This document shows, piece by piece, positions 27,301 through 38,763 of a DNA stretch of 64,000 nucleotides. A program made the position numbers and the translations under genes. The stretch covers positions 5,828,001 through 5,892,000 of the forward strand of contig CM068763.1 of assembly GCA_035084275.1 (NCBI GenBank). Direction: 5' to 3'. The notes beneath the pieces were generated by a model that was not told the origin of the DNA, searched no databases, and saw only the letters and a program-made list of their open reading frames with translations. This stretch comes from Hydrolagus colliei. Taxonomy: Eukaryota. How positions within the stretch are numbered: the stretch's first letter is position 1; each line of letters opens with the position of its first letter.

Positions 27301-30300
27301 TTGACCTGGAAAAGAGACAGAAAAGAAAAGGATTAGCTGCCGGTAAGGCACTGGTGGACATGTCTGTCTGAAGACATTGCAGGATTGGGCTGGAGAATGT
27401 CAAGCATCCAAACCCGGCTGCGCTGTAACTCCATGAGTCTCTGGGTCTGACACTCACCAGGTTGGCTTGAGGCTCCTCCTTAGCCTCAGTTGGCCTCTCC
27501 AACTCCTGGTCAGTTGTAGGGAGTTCTTTTTCCTGAAAAGATAGCAGCTGTTAGTGTTTGCAGACTAACTGTCTTCACTCTAACTATCCTTAACTATCCA
27601 GAGACTTGGGATGTCTTCTCCACTGCAGCAGGGTGAGAGAGACACGTTTGCTGTGGGCTTTCGCTGGAAATTTTCTAGAGATTGTACTCACACCTACTGT
27701 TTGTGTGAATATCGTCCTGGATCATATATATCTCCACACTCCCATTCAGGAGCTCAATGAGACCTGACTGAGGTTTAAAATTGAGGAAAGAATTTACAGT
27801 ATCACTGTTGAAGAGGTTTGAGAAAGCTGAATAACATAATAAAGCAATGTTTTAAAAAATGGAAGGATTATTATAATTATTATCCAGACCCCTGAAAGTG
27901 AGGTGCCAGGTGGCAGGGACTGTACGGTGGGACTTGTTGCTGTGCTGGACGTGACTGTGATGTTACCGGTCGCCACCATCTGTGCTGCTCTGTAAACCAC
28001 CCGCTCCCTCAGCCTGTCAATTACACAGTGACTTGCCAGTCCTGGCCTCACTCACGGTATCTATGAGGTCCACATCTACGTGTTCCTCCTCCTGTTTTGG
28101 AACCAGCTCGTTCTGATGTTCCCCGAGCCTAAGAAACAACAACAATTTGACTATAAAAACGATGTCACTAACATTGGACTCAGGTCTCAAAGAGCTTCAC
28201 ACAGATTACGGGAGCTACGAGCAGTCGGGCAAAGATTTGAGGATAGTGAACAAAGGAAAGGCCAAAGTCATTAGATTATGAGAGAACTTTGAAAGAGAAG
28301 GTCCAAGGCAGAGGGATTTTGTGCAGTGGGGAGATAGAAAAAACCTTACGTGCTCCTCGCCTCATCCCTCTCCTCAGTAAAGTTGATGACCTGGAAAAGA
28401 GACAGAAAAGAAAATGATTAGCTGCCGGTAAGTCACTGGTAGACATGTCTGTCTGAAGACATTGCAGGATTCGATTGGAGAATGTCAAGCATCCAAACCC
28501 AGCTGCGCTGTAACTCCATGAGTCTCTGGGTCTGACACTCACCAGGTTGGCTTCAGGTTCCTCCTTAGCCTCAGTTGGCCTCTTCAACTCCTGGTCAGTT
28601 GTAGGGAGTTCTTCATCCTGAAATGCAAAGCAGCTGTTAGTGTTTGCAGACTAACTGTCTTCACTCTAACTATCCTTAACTATCCAGAGACTTGGGATTG
28701 TCTTCTCCACTGCAGCAGGGTGAGAGAGACACGTTTGCTGTGGGCTTTCGCTGGGAATTTTCTAGAGATTGTACTCACACCTCCTGTTTGTGTGAATATC
28801 GTCTTGGATCATATATATCTCCACACTCCCATTCAGGAGCTCAATGACACCTGACTGAGGTTTAAAATTGGGGAAAGAATTTACAGTATCACTGGTGAAG
28901 AGGTTTGAGAAGGCTGAATAACATAATAAAGCAATGTTTTAATAAATGGAAGGATTATTATAATTATTATCCAGACTCCTGAAAGTGAGGTGTCAGGTGG
29001 CAGGGACTGTTCGGTGGGACTTGTTGCTGCGCTGGACGTGACTGTGATGTTACTGGTCGCCACCATCTATGCTGCTCTGTAATCTACCCGCTCCCTCAGC
29101 CTGTCAATCACACAGTGACTTGCCAGTCCTGGCCTCACTCACGGTATCTATGAGGTCCACATCTATGTGTTCCTCCTCCTGTTTTGGAACCAGCTCGTCC
29201 TGATGTTCCCCGAACCTAAGAAACAACAACAATTTTCCTATAAAAACGATGCCACTAACATTGGACTCAGGTCTCAAAGAGCTTCACAGATTCCGGGAGA
29301 TACGAGCAGTCGGGCAAAGATTTGAGGATAGTGAACAAAGGAACGGCCAAAGTCATTAGATTCTGAGAGAACTTTGAAAGAGAAGGTCCAAGGCAGAGGG
29401 ATTTTGTACAAAGTGGGGAGATAGAAAAAACCTTACATGCTCCTCGCTTCATCCCTCTCCACTGCAAAGCTAATGACCTGGAAAAGAGACAGAAAGGAGA
29501 GGATTAGCTGCTGGCAAGGCACTGGTGGACATGTCTGTCTGAAGATATTGCAGGATTGGCCTGGAGAATGTCAAATCTTCAAACCCAGCCACGTTGTGAC
29601 CTGGTGTGTCTAGGTATGACACTCACCACTTCGGCTTGATGCTGGTCTTGATCCTCTTGTGGCATTGCCAATTCAAGGTGAAGAGGAGAAGAGTGTTCTT
29701 CATCCTAAAACACAAAGCAACTGTTATTGTAAGCGGACTTGGTGTCTTGAATCTAACTATCCATAACTGTCCAGAGCATCTCTAAAGCAGCAGAGAGTGT
29801 CTAGTTTGCTGAGCGGTTTCTGTGTGTTTTAGCTGGAAATCAACTGGAAAGTGTAATCCCCTTTTTTTGTGGGACATTGATCAGCCAATGTATCAAATGC
29901 AAACATGACTATTACTTTTATTATTATTATTATTATTATTATTTGTATTGGCTGATTGGAGGGCTTCAAAAGTAGGGATCCCGTGCACCTTTTTAGCATT
30001 ACTGCTTGCTGAGAAAGAAATGGATTGTAATTCAGCCTGGCTCCCAGTCACACATGGTCAGGATCACAGCGATCCTTGCCCACCAGACCACAACAACATC
30101 AAATGATATTTTTGTAGAGCATTTCCTGTCTGGAGGACATCACAATACACGAAAGACAGTGAGCTTCCTATGGGAAATAGTTTACAGTAACTCCGGAGAA
30201 GCACTTTGAGAAATCGGAAAGACATGATAAGTGTATCAAATGGAAGGATTCTAGTTCAAATAATTACTATCCAGACTCCCAATATCAAGATGACAGATGA

Positions 30301-32563
30301 CAGGGATTGTACGAGTGGTACGTGGTGCTGCGCTGGATGTGACTGTTACCAGCGAACACCATCTATACTGCTCTGTAAAATGCCTACTCCCGCGGCCCAT
30401 CAGTTACACAACCACTCGCCCGCCTGCCCTCACTCACGGTCTCTGTGACATCAATCACTTGTGTGACCTCCTTCTCCGGCACCTGGTCTTCCTCTTCCAC
30501 GTTATTCCTGAGCCTAACAAACAACAACAACATAAACACTGCGGCTCTATTGCACTCACGTTCCAAAGAGCTTCACACAGACACCGAGAGTTCGGAGCAG
30601 CCGGGAGACGGGCAGGGTTTGAGGATAGCAAGCAAAGGAACAGCCAAATTGACGAGTTTCTGAGCGAACGTTAAAGGCAGAAAGAGCAGGTCAGAGGCAG
30701 AGGGGTTTGGGGGGAGTTTGTGGAGTGTGGGGACAAAGCAAAAACCTTACTTCTTCCTCGCCTCATCCCTCTCCGCGGCAATGGTCTTGACCTGGAACAG
30801 AGACAGAAGGGAAAGGATCAGCTGCTGGCAAACACACAGCTGCCGTATTTGTCTAAAGACATTGCAGGATTGGGCTGGAAAATGTCAAAGCTACAAACCC
30901 AGCTGCCCTGTAACTCGGTGAGTCTCTGTCTGACACTCACCACTTTGACCTGCTGTTCAAGGGCCTCTTGCGCCATCACCAGCTGCAAGTCGAGCGGCGA
31001 AGAGATGCCTTTTTCCTGAAACACAAAGCAGCTGTTAGTGCGTGTGGACTCAGCACCTTGATGCTAATGATCCTTAACTATTGAGAGCTTTGGGATGTCC
31101 CATCCACTGTAAGGGAATGAGAGGATCTAGTTTCCGGTATTGTTTCTGTGTGTTTTTCCTGGAGATTCACTGGGGATTGTCCTCCCTCCTCCTCCTCCTG
31201 TAGCCTCTCAGATCAGGGAAAACTCCACACTCCCGAGACATTCTTCTGGGTATCCCACTCAGGAACTCAATGCCACCTGAGACACACTTGCCAGCCTCCC
31301 ACTGACTGGGATGGTAGCTGTCAGTGTCCAGCAGTGCATTTGGATCAGGAATTGCCATGTGCTGGATGCCGGAGGGGGAGTCCCAAGTAAAGCTGGGGCT
31401 TATGTATGTGTTCCATTGGCTAGTTCAGTGACCGATGTGGACCCATGTCTCCCAATGACTGTCTCTCATTCACTCCTTGGATGTTTGTGGGACACTGCTG
31501 TACGCAACCGGACGACGTGATCAGCCACTGAACCAAATACAAGGATTATTGTTGTTACCTGGTTGGAGGGGGGGGATAACAAAAATTCCCAGCACCGTGC
31601 AATCATTATTTCTTCTTCCTGAGGAGAAAATAATGGATTGTCATTCAGCCTGGCTCCCAGTCAGGTGGTCAGACACATGGCCCTCCTCACCCAGCAGACC
31701 ACAGCAACAATAAATTACATGACTTTCAAACGCACAAAAGACAGTGAGAATAATTTGGGAAATAGTTTACAGTATCCCTGCTGAAGCGCTTTGAGATGCC
31801 TGAATGACCTGATGAGGCGCTGCATCAAATGGAAGGATTAATATTGTAAGAATTATGATCCATACTCCCCACAGGGAGGAAGGAGATAGGTGAAAGGGAT
31901 TGTACAAATGAGATGTGTTGCTGCGCTGGACGTGACTGGGATGTTACCGGTCACCACTGTCTACGCTATTCTGTAAATTGCCAGCTCCCTCGGTCCGTCA
32001 TTTACACAGTGACTTGCCCGCCTGCTCACTCACGGTCAGTGGGAATGTCATTCGTTGAGATGCTTGTTCCTCCCCTCCTTTTTCAGCATTCTGTTGCCTA
32101 ACAAACAACAACAAATTGCCATGATAAACAAAGATGTTAATATTGGTTTCAAATAACTACACAGATACCGGGAGCACCGAGCAAGGGATGGCTACGGTTT
32201 GAGGAATAAGTGATTAGTTTCTGTGGAGTGTCTAAAGGTAGAAACATAGAGTTTGAGAAAAAGGGATTTGAGTTTGCGGAGTTGTTTCAAAACCTTTACC
32301 TGCTCTTCTCCTCCCTCTCCGCTTCGATGCTCTTGACCTGCAGCAAAGACACAAAGGAGAGGATTAGCTGCTTGCAAGGCCCTGGCGACAATTTCTGCCT
32401 GAAGACATCGCAGGATTGGGCAGGAGAATGTCGAGTCTCCAAACCCGGCTGAGCTGTAACTCACTGAGTCTCTAGGTCTGAAACTCACCAGGTTCGCTTG
32501 GCGCTCCTCTTCCTCCTGAGCCCATGCAAGCGCCAGGTCAAGATTGTCCAGATGCTGTTCTTC
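24349..32563 (-). CDS. Multi-exon gene, copy 1: acidic tandem-repeat protein (>=412 aa, N-terminus unresolved) with C-terminal polybasic/Cys-rich tail
   Basis: Hand-spliced exons in transcription order: 32489-32563, 32300-32337, 32034-32097, 30941-31015, 30751-30791, 30438-30513, 29627-29704, 29437-29477, 29143-29215, 28543-28617, 28350-28390, 28056-28128, 27458-27532, 27265-27305, 26278-26350, 25895-25935, 25560-25647, 25233-25277, 25078-25114, 24592-24631, 24349-24397. All have AG acceptors (several with a CTAAC branch point and pyrimidine tract) and all internal junctions have GT donors (mostly gtgagt/gtaagg). The 1239 nt form one frame: EEQHLDNLDLALAWAQEEEERQANLVKSIEAEREEKSR...DEELPTTDQELKRPTEAKEEPEANLVINFTEERDEARSTLGEHQNELVPKQEEEHVDVDLIDT...TSVEDRREELSRGAAAAEKKVKKKKRKCCWCCFPWRKRAED*. 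Confidence 0.85.
26473..27149 (+). mobile_element. Young 5'-truncated L2 insertion in an intron of copy 1, antisense to the gene
   Basis: Open C-terminal frame LHWLPILQRIKFKILVLTYKALHGLAPSYL and (TTG)n tail. Empty site in copy 2 at ~43685. Confidence 0.93.
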
Positions 32564-33869
32564 CTGAAATACGAAGCTGCTGTTAGTGTGTACGGACTCC
32601 ATGTCTTAACTCAAAGCTGTTCCTCTGCTCAGTGGGCACCGGCCAACTTTGTGTCGCCTGCCCTGCTCTTTATTGATTCAAACCCGCAGCTCAGCCATGG
32701 TTGAAATGGATTGTCTTGAGAAGGGACATGAAGAAGGCAAGACCGTGGGTAAAATGGAGGGATTGTGGGTCAAAACTCCACAATGTGGGGGCAGAGATCT
32801 CAATGCTCGAGAGCTAAGGGTAGGGCAGCAAATACTTTGAACCTGATGTCCACCGAACGGAGGAAGCAGACAGACTGATTTGGGACTAAGACATCAGAGG
32901 AGCAAGAACATGGAAAGCTTTGAAGCTTGGAATGAAGTATTGAATGAGCAGCAGTGAAGACGGGCAAGGATGTGAGGGATCGGTTTGCGGAGCTTGGCAA
33001 CGAATGGGACATGAGCTGCAGAGTTATGAATAATCTGCAGTTTCTAGAGGGAGAGTTGTGAAGTCAAGTGAGCAGGAAGTTGGCAAAGTCAAACATGTCT
33101 CCTGTATGGTGTTTGTGGGAAACCTCTGTGTGCAACTGATTGCCATATTTCGCCCGAAAATACACCGTCACTACACTTCACAGTATATCCTTGACAATGT
33201 GATTGGTGATATTTCAAATTATATTACCTCATTGGATGCATCCGGGAATTTCTCCAAATGCTCCCTCAACGATAGTTTTTCCTGAGAAAGAAATGGATTG
33301 TCATTTAGACTGAATCCACCCCAGTCAGACGGTCAGGCACACGGCCCTCCTCATCCAGCAGACAGTGACAATACTGTGGGAAATGGTTTTAATATTGATT
33401 TTTCCTGATTCTGACCCAGACTCTAATGTCATTCAACAGATCACTGGCCTTGGACATTCCCAGACTGACGGGCTGTGTACATGGGCAGTGAGAGTGCGAG
33501 ATCTCCTGAACTGTGTCTGGGTGTTGGGGTGTGAATATTGACTTATTGACTGGACACTGTACACCCTGCCGCACCCCTTGCTGTGTGTTGGAGGAGCCTC
33601 TCAGATCAGGGAGATCTCCACACTCCCCGGCCACTGTCCTGTGCGTCACAGTCAGGGGCTGAATAACAACTATTTAAATTTGCCGCCATATGTCCCAGAA
33701 TGTGTGTCAGGCCCAGGACATCCTGTGATGGGACTGTCAATAACCTCTCATCTCTTTCCCCCTCCCAAGCCCCGCCCATGCACTCACTTTGGGACGTGGT
33801 TTCTCCTCCTTTGCCTGTGAGCGCTCTGACATGCTGTCTGGCTTGGAAGGCCCAAAGTAAATAGGAGGC

Positions 33870-33992
33870 TTTGTTGTTGTTGTTTTTGTAGCAGTAGTAG
33901 TAGTTGTAGTTGATGTTGTAGTTGATGTTGTAGTTGTTGTAGTTGTTGTAGTTGTTGTAGTTGTTGTTGATGTTGTAGTTGTTGTTGTTGTC
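33870..33992. repeat. Compound (GTT/GTA/GAT)n microsatellite
   Basis: Seen directly; shorter allele at ~50027-50117 in copy 2. Confidence 0.9.
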
Positions 33993-34109
33993 GTCAGTTC
34001 TCTGGCCTCCAGGTTTGTAAGGCTGAAGAGAGATTATAATAATAATGATAATAATCCTGGCTGCTTCCTGTTTCTTCTATTCTTGATGTTGTGCAGTCAC
34101 TGCTTTTAC

Positions 34110-34310
34110 CTGATGATCCCACCCTCTCTTCAGCCCCAACGGACAATCAGATGATTCCCCACAAACCCATCGCCGGGTCTGACATCACAATCCCCCCCCT
34201 GTGATACCCTGGGGTGTCAGCCTGGAGACATCATCGTCTGACCCCACCCACATCAACAGCCAATAGACAGCTCTGCCATCACAATACCCCGTTAACATGT
34301 GACTCACAGA
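34110..34310 (-). promoter_or_regulatory. Candidate promoter and non-coding first exon of copy 1
   Basis: Minus-strand donor CAG|gtaaaa at 34110. Upstream lie TGACATCA (CRE-like, ~34180), CCAAT (~34261) and TGACTCA (AP-1, ~34300). Also present in copy 2 (~50235-50435). Motif inference only. Confidence 0.3.
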
Positions 34311-35570
34311 GGAGAAAATGTCCCCACATTTTTGTAACATTTCAACCTGACAGCAACAAAAACACATTACATTTGTATAGCGCCTTTCATGTCAGGGGGA
34401 CATTGCAAAACATCAAAGCAGCCCACACACAAGCAAACTTCAACCCAAATAAATCTATTTTTAAATCATTTCTGGCTTTTGAACAAAAATATAGAAACAG
34501 GAATTGGCCAGTCAGCCCCTCCAGCCTGTTGCGCCATTCTTTCAGATTGTGGATGATCTGCACCTCACGTCCAATTAATCCTCCAACCCCATCCATCCTT
34601 CCCATATCCCTTAATACATTGACCTTACAGATAGGTATCTATCTCTGTCTCAAAGTTGTGAATAGATCCACAGCCTTTCACAGCAGAGGTCCAGCTTTCC
34701 ATTAAACGTTGAGTGGTAAACCACATCCTGTTATCATTCCTAAATAGTGCAGCCCTAATTATAAGATGACCCGCTCCCTTTGTTCTAGATTCCTGCACCA
34801 GAGGAAATAGTGTTTGTAACTACCTTATCAATACATCTATAATATTTTGTTTCGATCCTTATCAAATGCCTTCTGAAAGTCCATGAAGCGACATCCATAG
34901 ACACTCTCTTATCCACTATTGTAATGACCAACTCAAAAAAATCCAACCAGACTAGCCAGATACAACCTCCCCTTCACAAACCCATGCTGACTCTTTGACA
35001 AGCTCATACCTCTCCAATTGTTGTGCCATTGTGTGTGAAAATAGATTTAACTATTTTTCAAATAGTGATGACAGCAGTTAAGACCTCCTTTCTCGCTCTC
35101 CCGTCTTAACTGAAGGGGAAACAGACAACGTTTCCCCACAAACCCATCGCCGGGTCTGACATCACAATCCCCCCCCTGTGATACCCTGGGGTGTCAGCCT
35201 GGAGACATCATCGTCTGACCCCACCCACATCAACAGCCAATAGACAGCTCTGCCATCACAATACCCCGTTAACATGTGACTCACAGAGGAGAAAATGTTC
35301 CCACATTTTTGTAGCATTTCAAACTGTCAGCAACAAAAACACATTACATTTGTACAGCACCTTTCATGTCAGGAGGACATTACAAATCATCAACTCCTCC
35401 TAATTTCATTCTTGAATGGCCCAGCCCTAATTATAAGATGACGACCCCTGGTTCTAGATTCCCCCACCAGAGGAAATAGTGTTTGTAACCACCTTATCAA
35501 AACATCTATAATCTTTTGTGTCGATCCTTATCAAATATCTTCTGAAAGTTCATATAAACAACATCCATAG

Positions 35571-36878
35571 GCTAATAAAGGACAGTCAACATGGATTTGT
35601 TAAATGCAAATCATGCCTTACAAATCTGATAGAATTTTTTGATGAGGTAACGGAATGGGTGGATAATGGTAGCGCAGTTGATGTAGTTTACATGGACTTT
35701 CAAAAGGCATTTGACAAAGTGCCACATGAGAGACTTATTATGAAATTAAAGGCCCATGGCGTAAAAGGGACAGTGGCAGCGTGGATCCACAACTGGCTGC
35801 GAGACAGAAAGCAGAGAGTTGTAGTGAGCGGCTGTTTTTCAGATTGGAGGGAAGTGAGCAGTGGTGTGCCACAGGGATCAGTTTGGGGACCATTGCTGTT
35901 TGTAATCTACATCAATGATCTGGACTTGGGTGTACAGAGTACAGTTTCCAAGTTTGCAGATGACACTAAGTTAGGGAGAATAGTAAATAGTGAGGAGGAT
36001 AGTAGCCATCTGCAAGAGGATTTCGACAAATTGGTAAAGTGGGCAGACACATGGCAGATGAAGTTTAATGCAGAGAAGTGTGAGGTGATGCATTTTGGGA
36101 GAAGAAATGAAGGGAGGTAATATAGGCTAGATAGTACAATTTTAAATGGTGTGAATGAACAGAGAGACCTGGGGATTTGTGTTAGTGACTCGTTGAAGCT
36201 GGCAGGACAGGTAGACAAGGCTGTTAAGAAGGCATATGGGATACTAGGCTTTATAAATAGGGGTATAGAGTACAAAAGTCAGGAAGTGCTGACTAACCTC
36301 TATAGGACTTTGGTGAGGCCTCAGCTGGAATACTGTGTTCAATTCTGGTCACCACACTACAGAAAGGATGTGAAGGCATTGGAAAGGGTACAATGAAGAT
36401 TTAATAGGATGGTGCCAGGATTGAGGGACTTCAGCTATGAGGAGAGGCTAGATAGGCTTGGGTTATTCTCTCTGGAGCAGAGAAGATTGAGGGGAGACCT
36501 AATAGAGGTTTATAAGATCATGAGGGGTTTCGACAGGGCAAATAGAGAAAAACTATTTCCACTCGTGGGTGAATCTGTGACTCGTGGTCACTGATTTAAA
36601 ATAGTTTCAAGGCGAAGTAGAGGGGAGCTGAGGAGAATTTTTTTCACTCAGCGAGTTGTTCAAATCTGGAATGCATTGCCTGAAAAGGTGGTGGAGGCTG
36701 ATTCGATAACAACTTTTAAAAGGGAATTCAATCTTTATTTAGGGAGAACAGGTCTATTAGGCTATGGGGAGCGGGCAGGGCAGTGGGATTGAATCGCTCT
36801 TTTCAAAGAGCCGGCACAGACTAGATGAGCCGAATGGCCTCCTTTTGTGCCGTAAAATTCTATGAATCTATGAATCTA
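35571..36878 (+). mobile_element. 5'-truncated CR1 LINE with an RT domain interrupted by a few stops
   Basis: QHGF..SCLTNL, VDVVYMDFQKAFDKVPH, GVPQGS, KFADDTKL, and a short ctatgaat tandem tail. Absent at the homologous site in copy 2 (~50718). Confidence 0.95.
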
Positions 36879-37112
36879 CACTATTATCCACTAATTCAGT
36901 GACTACCTCAAAAAAATCAAACTGAATTAGTTAGACACAATCTACACTTCTCAAACCTAACTCTTTCACAAGCTCATACCTCTCCAAGTGTTCACTAATG
37001 TTTTGACGGGTGATGGATAACCCCGTTGAGATGTGACTCACAGAGGAGAAAATGTACCCACATTTTCTAATATTTCAATAACAGTTAAAACTGACAGTAA
37101 CAATATTAACGT

Positions 37113-37430
37113 GGAGTCCTGTAGCTCAGTGGTTAGAGCACTCACCATTTAATTGAGAGACCTGGATTCAATTCCAGGCAGGGCGAAACCTTATTAGGCG
37201 TGTGGAGTAAGTTTCGTTACTCCACACGCCTAATAATAATCTCTAAAAAAGCAATAATAAATTGGTCATTTGAATCGACTGTTTGTGAGACACTGCTGTG
37301 TGCAATTGGCTGTCGCGTTTGGCCACATAAATACAGTAAAATCACGTTATAGTATATTCTGTGAAGCACTTTGAGACGTCTAGAAGACGTGAAAAGCACT
37401 ATATCACATGCTAGCATTATTATTATTAAA
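37113..37430 (+). mobile_element. tRNA-derived SINE with Deu-like core; representative of many copies in the window
   Basis: A box tagctcagtgg, B box ggattcaattcc, core ctgtttgtg..gctgtgtgcaattggctg, L2-like 3' end. Paralog at ~50953-51270. Confidence 0.82.
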
Positions 37431-37914
37431 TGTTTATAGCACCTTTCACATTGGGAGGACGTCGCAAATCGTAATGGATATCTCAAAGCTGCTCCATACA
37501 ATCAAGGCTGCACACTCCAGAGAAATCTGTTCTTAAGGCTTTTGAATAAAAACACAGAAACAGGAGTTGGTCATTCAGCTCCTCGAGCGTGTTCCTCCAT
37601 TCTATAAGATTTTGGCTGATCTGTTAGCTTTAGTCCAATTACAGTATCCAGTTATAATTTGTATCTCGGTGGAGTCCTGTAACTCTTTACAAGCGAGAGA
37701 CCTGTGTTCAAATCCAGGCAGAATGAAACTTTGGGCAAGTTACCTTTCTGCACAAGCCTAATAGTAATACCTCCTAAAAATTAAATGAATTAATTGAATA
37801 CTACATAAATCATTACTAGTTTATAAATCATAATTAATAAATAAAATCAAAATAAGTATGATTTAAAAAAAATCCACAACTGTTTGTGTGACACTGCTGT
37901 GCACAATTGGCTGC

Positions 37915-38540
37915 TGCACGCGTACATCACCTCACAGCTGGACTACGGAAACTCTCTCCTCGTTGGCCTCCCCAGCTCCTCCATTCACAGGCTGCAGGTC
38001 ATCCAAAACTCTGCAGCCCGTGTATTATCCCGCTCCCGCCTCCGTGTCCACATAACCCCCACCCTCGCCCGTCTCCACTGGCTCCCCATCCTCCAGAGGA
38101 TCGAGTTCAAGATCCTTGTCCTCGTTTTCAAAGCCTTACAGGGCCTCGCCCCGCCCTATCTATCCGATTTACTTTCCCCCTATAAGGCCACCTGGACCCT
38201 CCGTTCAGCAGGACTTGGCCTGCTCCAAGCCCCCCGCCCAAACCGCCCCACCATCGGAGTCCGGGCCTTCAGCTTCTCCGCTCCCACCCTATGGAATTCC
38301 ATCCCCCAATCCCTCCGCCTTGTTTCTTCTCTTTCCTCTTTCAAGGCCGGTTTGAAGACTTTCCTTTTCGACCGTGCCTTTTGTTCCCCACCTAACTTTT
38401 CGACCTCCCCCACGTTTTTCACCCCCTCCCGAACACTCCCCTCCCAGCTCAGGTCACACGCCTCCTGTGCAGGGCCTTGGGATGTCATCCCGACGTGAAA
38501 GTCGCTCTATAAGTCTAATTTGTTGTTGTTGTTGTTGTTG
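37915..38540 (+). mobile_element. 5'-truncated L2 nested in a SINE
   Basis: HAYITSQLDYGNSLL...LKTFLFDRAF and (TTG)n tail. SINE core continues on both sides. Confidence 0.9.
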
Positions 38541-38763
38541 CTGTGTTTTGCTCACATATATACAGTCAATTCATTTTACAATATATTCTGTGAAGTGCTT
38601 TGAGATGCCTAGAAGGCATGAAAGCACTATGTCAAATGCAAGGATTATCATTGGTAGAAGTGGTAGTAGTATTATCCTACACACTTACCACATATCCCGT
38701 AATACCCTGACCCAATATATTGGTCAGAGTTTTAAGGCTGTGGAGAGAAAGCGGGCCAGTGGG

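Larger units (their letters stand above)
22857..38763. repeat. Segmental duplication unit, copy 1
   Basis: Near-identical to 40100-52618: shared start atttggtcccatttttacacc and shared end gaaagcgggccagtggg. Differences include LINE presence/absence and cassette rearrangements. Confidence 0.92.

Noticed and set aside
27880-28700. The ~1.1-kb repeat read as a single-exon plus-strand membrane-protein gene (GPCR/LRRC8/pannexin-like, e.g. MFLLLFWNQLVLMF)
   Set aside because: Plus-strand frames contain many stops. The hydrophobic stretches are the antisense of Glu-rich minus-strand exons bounded by canonical splice sites.
26100-29700. CRISPR-like or satellite array
   Set aside because: Eukaryotic context, kb-scale units, no repeat-spacer structure; explained by exon-cassette duplication.
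35518-36594. RT ORFs as an active or domesticated reverse-transcriptase system
   Set aside because: Ordinary 5'-truncated CR1 with in-frame stops and an empty site in copy 2.
37113-37185. tRNA gene
   Set aside because: It is a SINE head: it continues into the SINE core and tail and lacks a complete cloverleaf.
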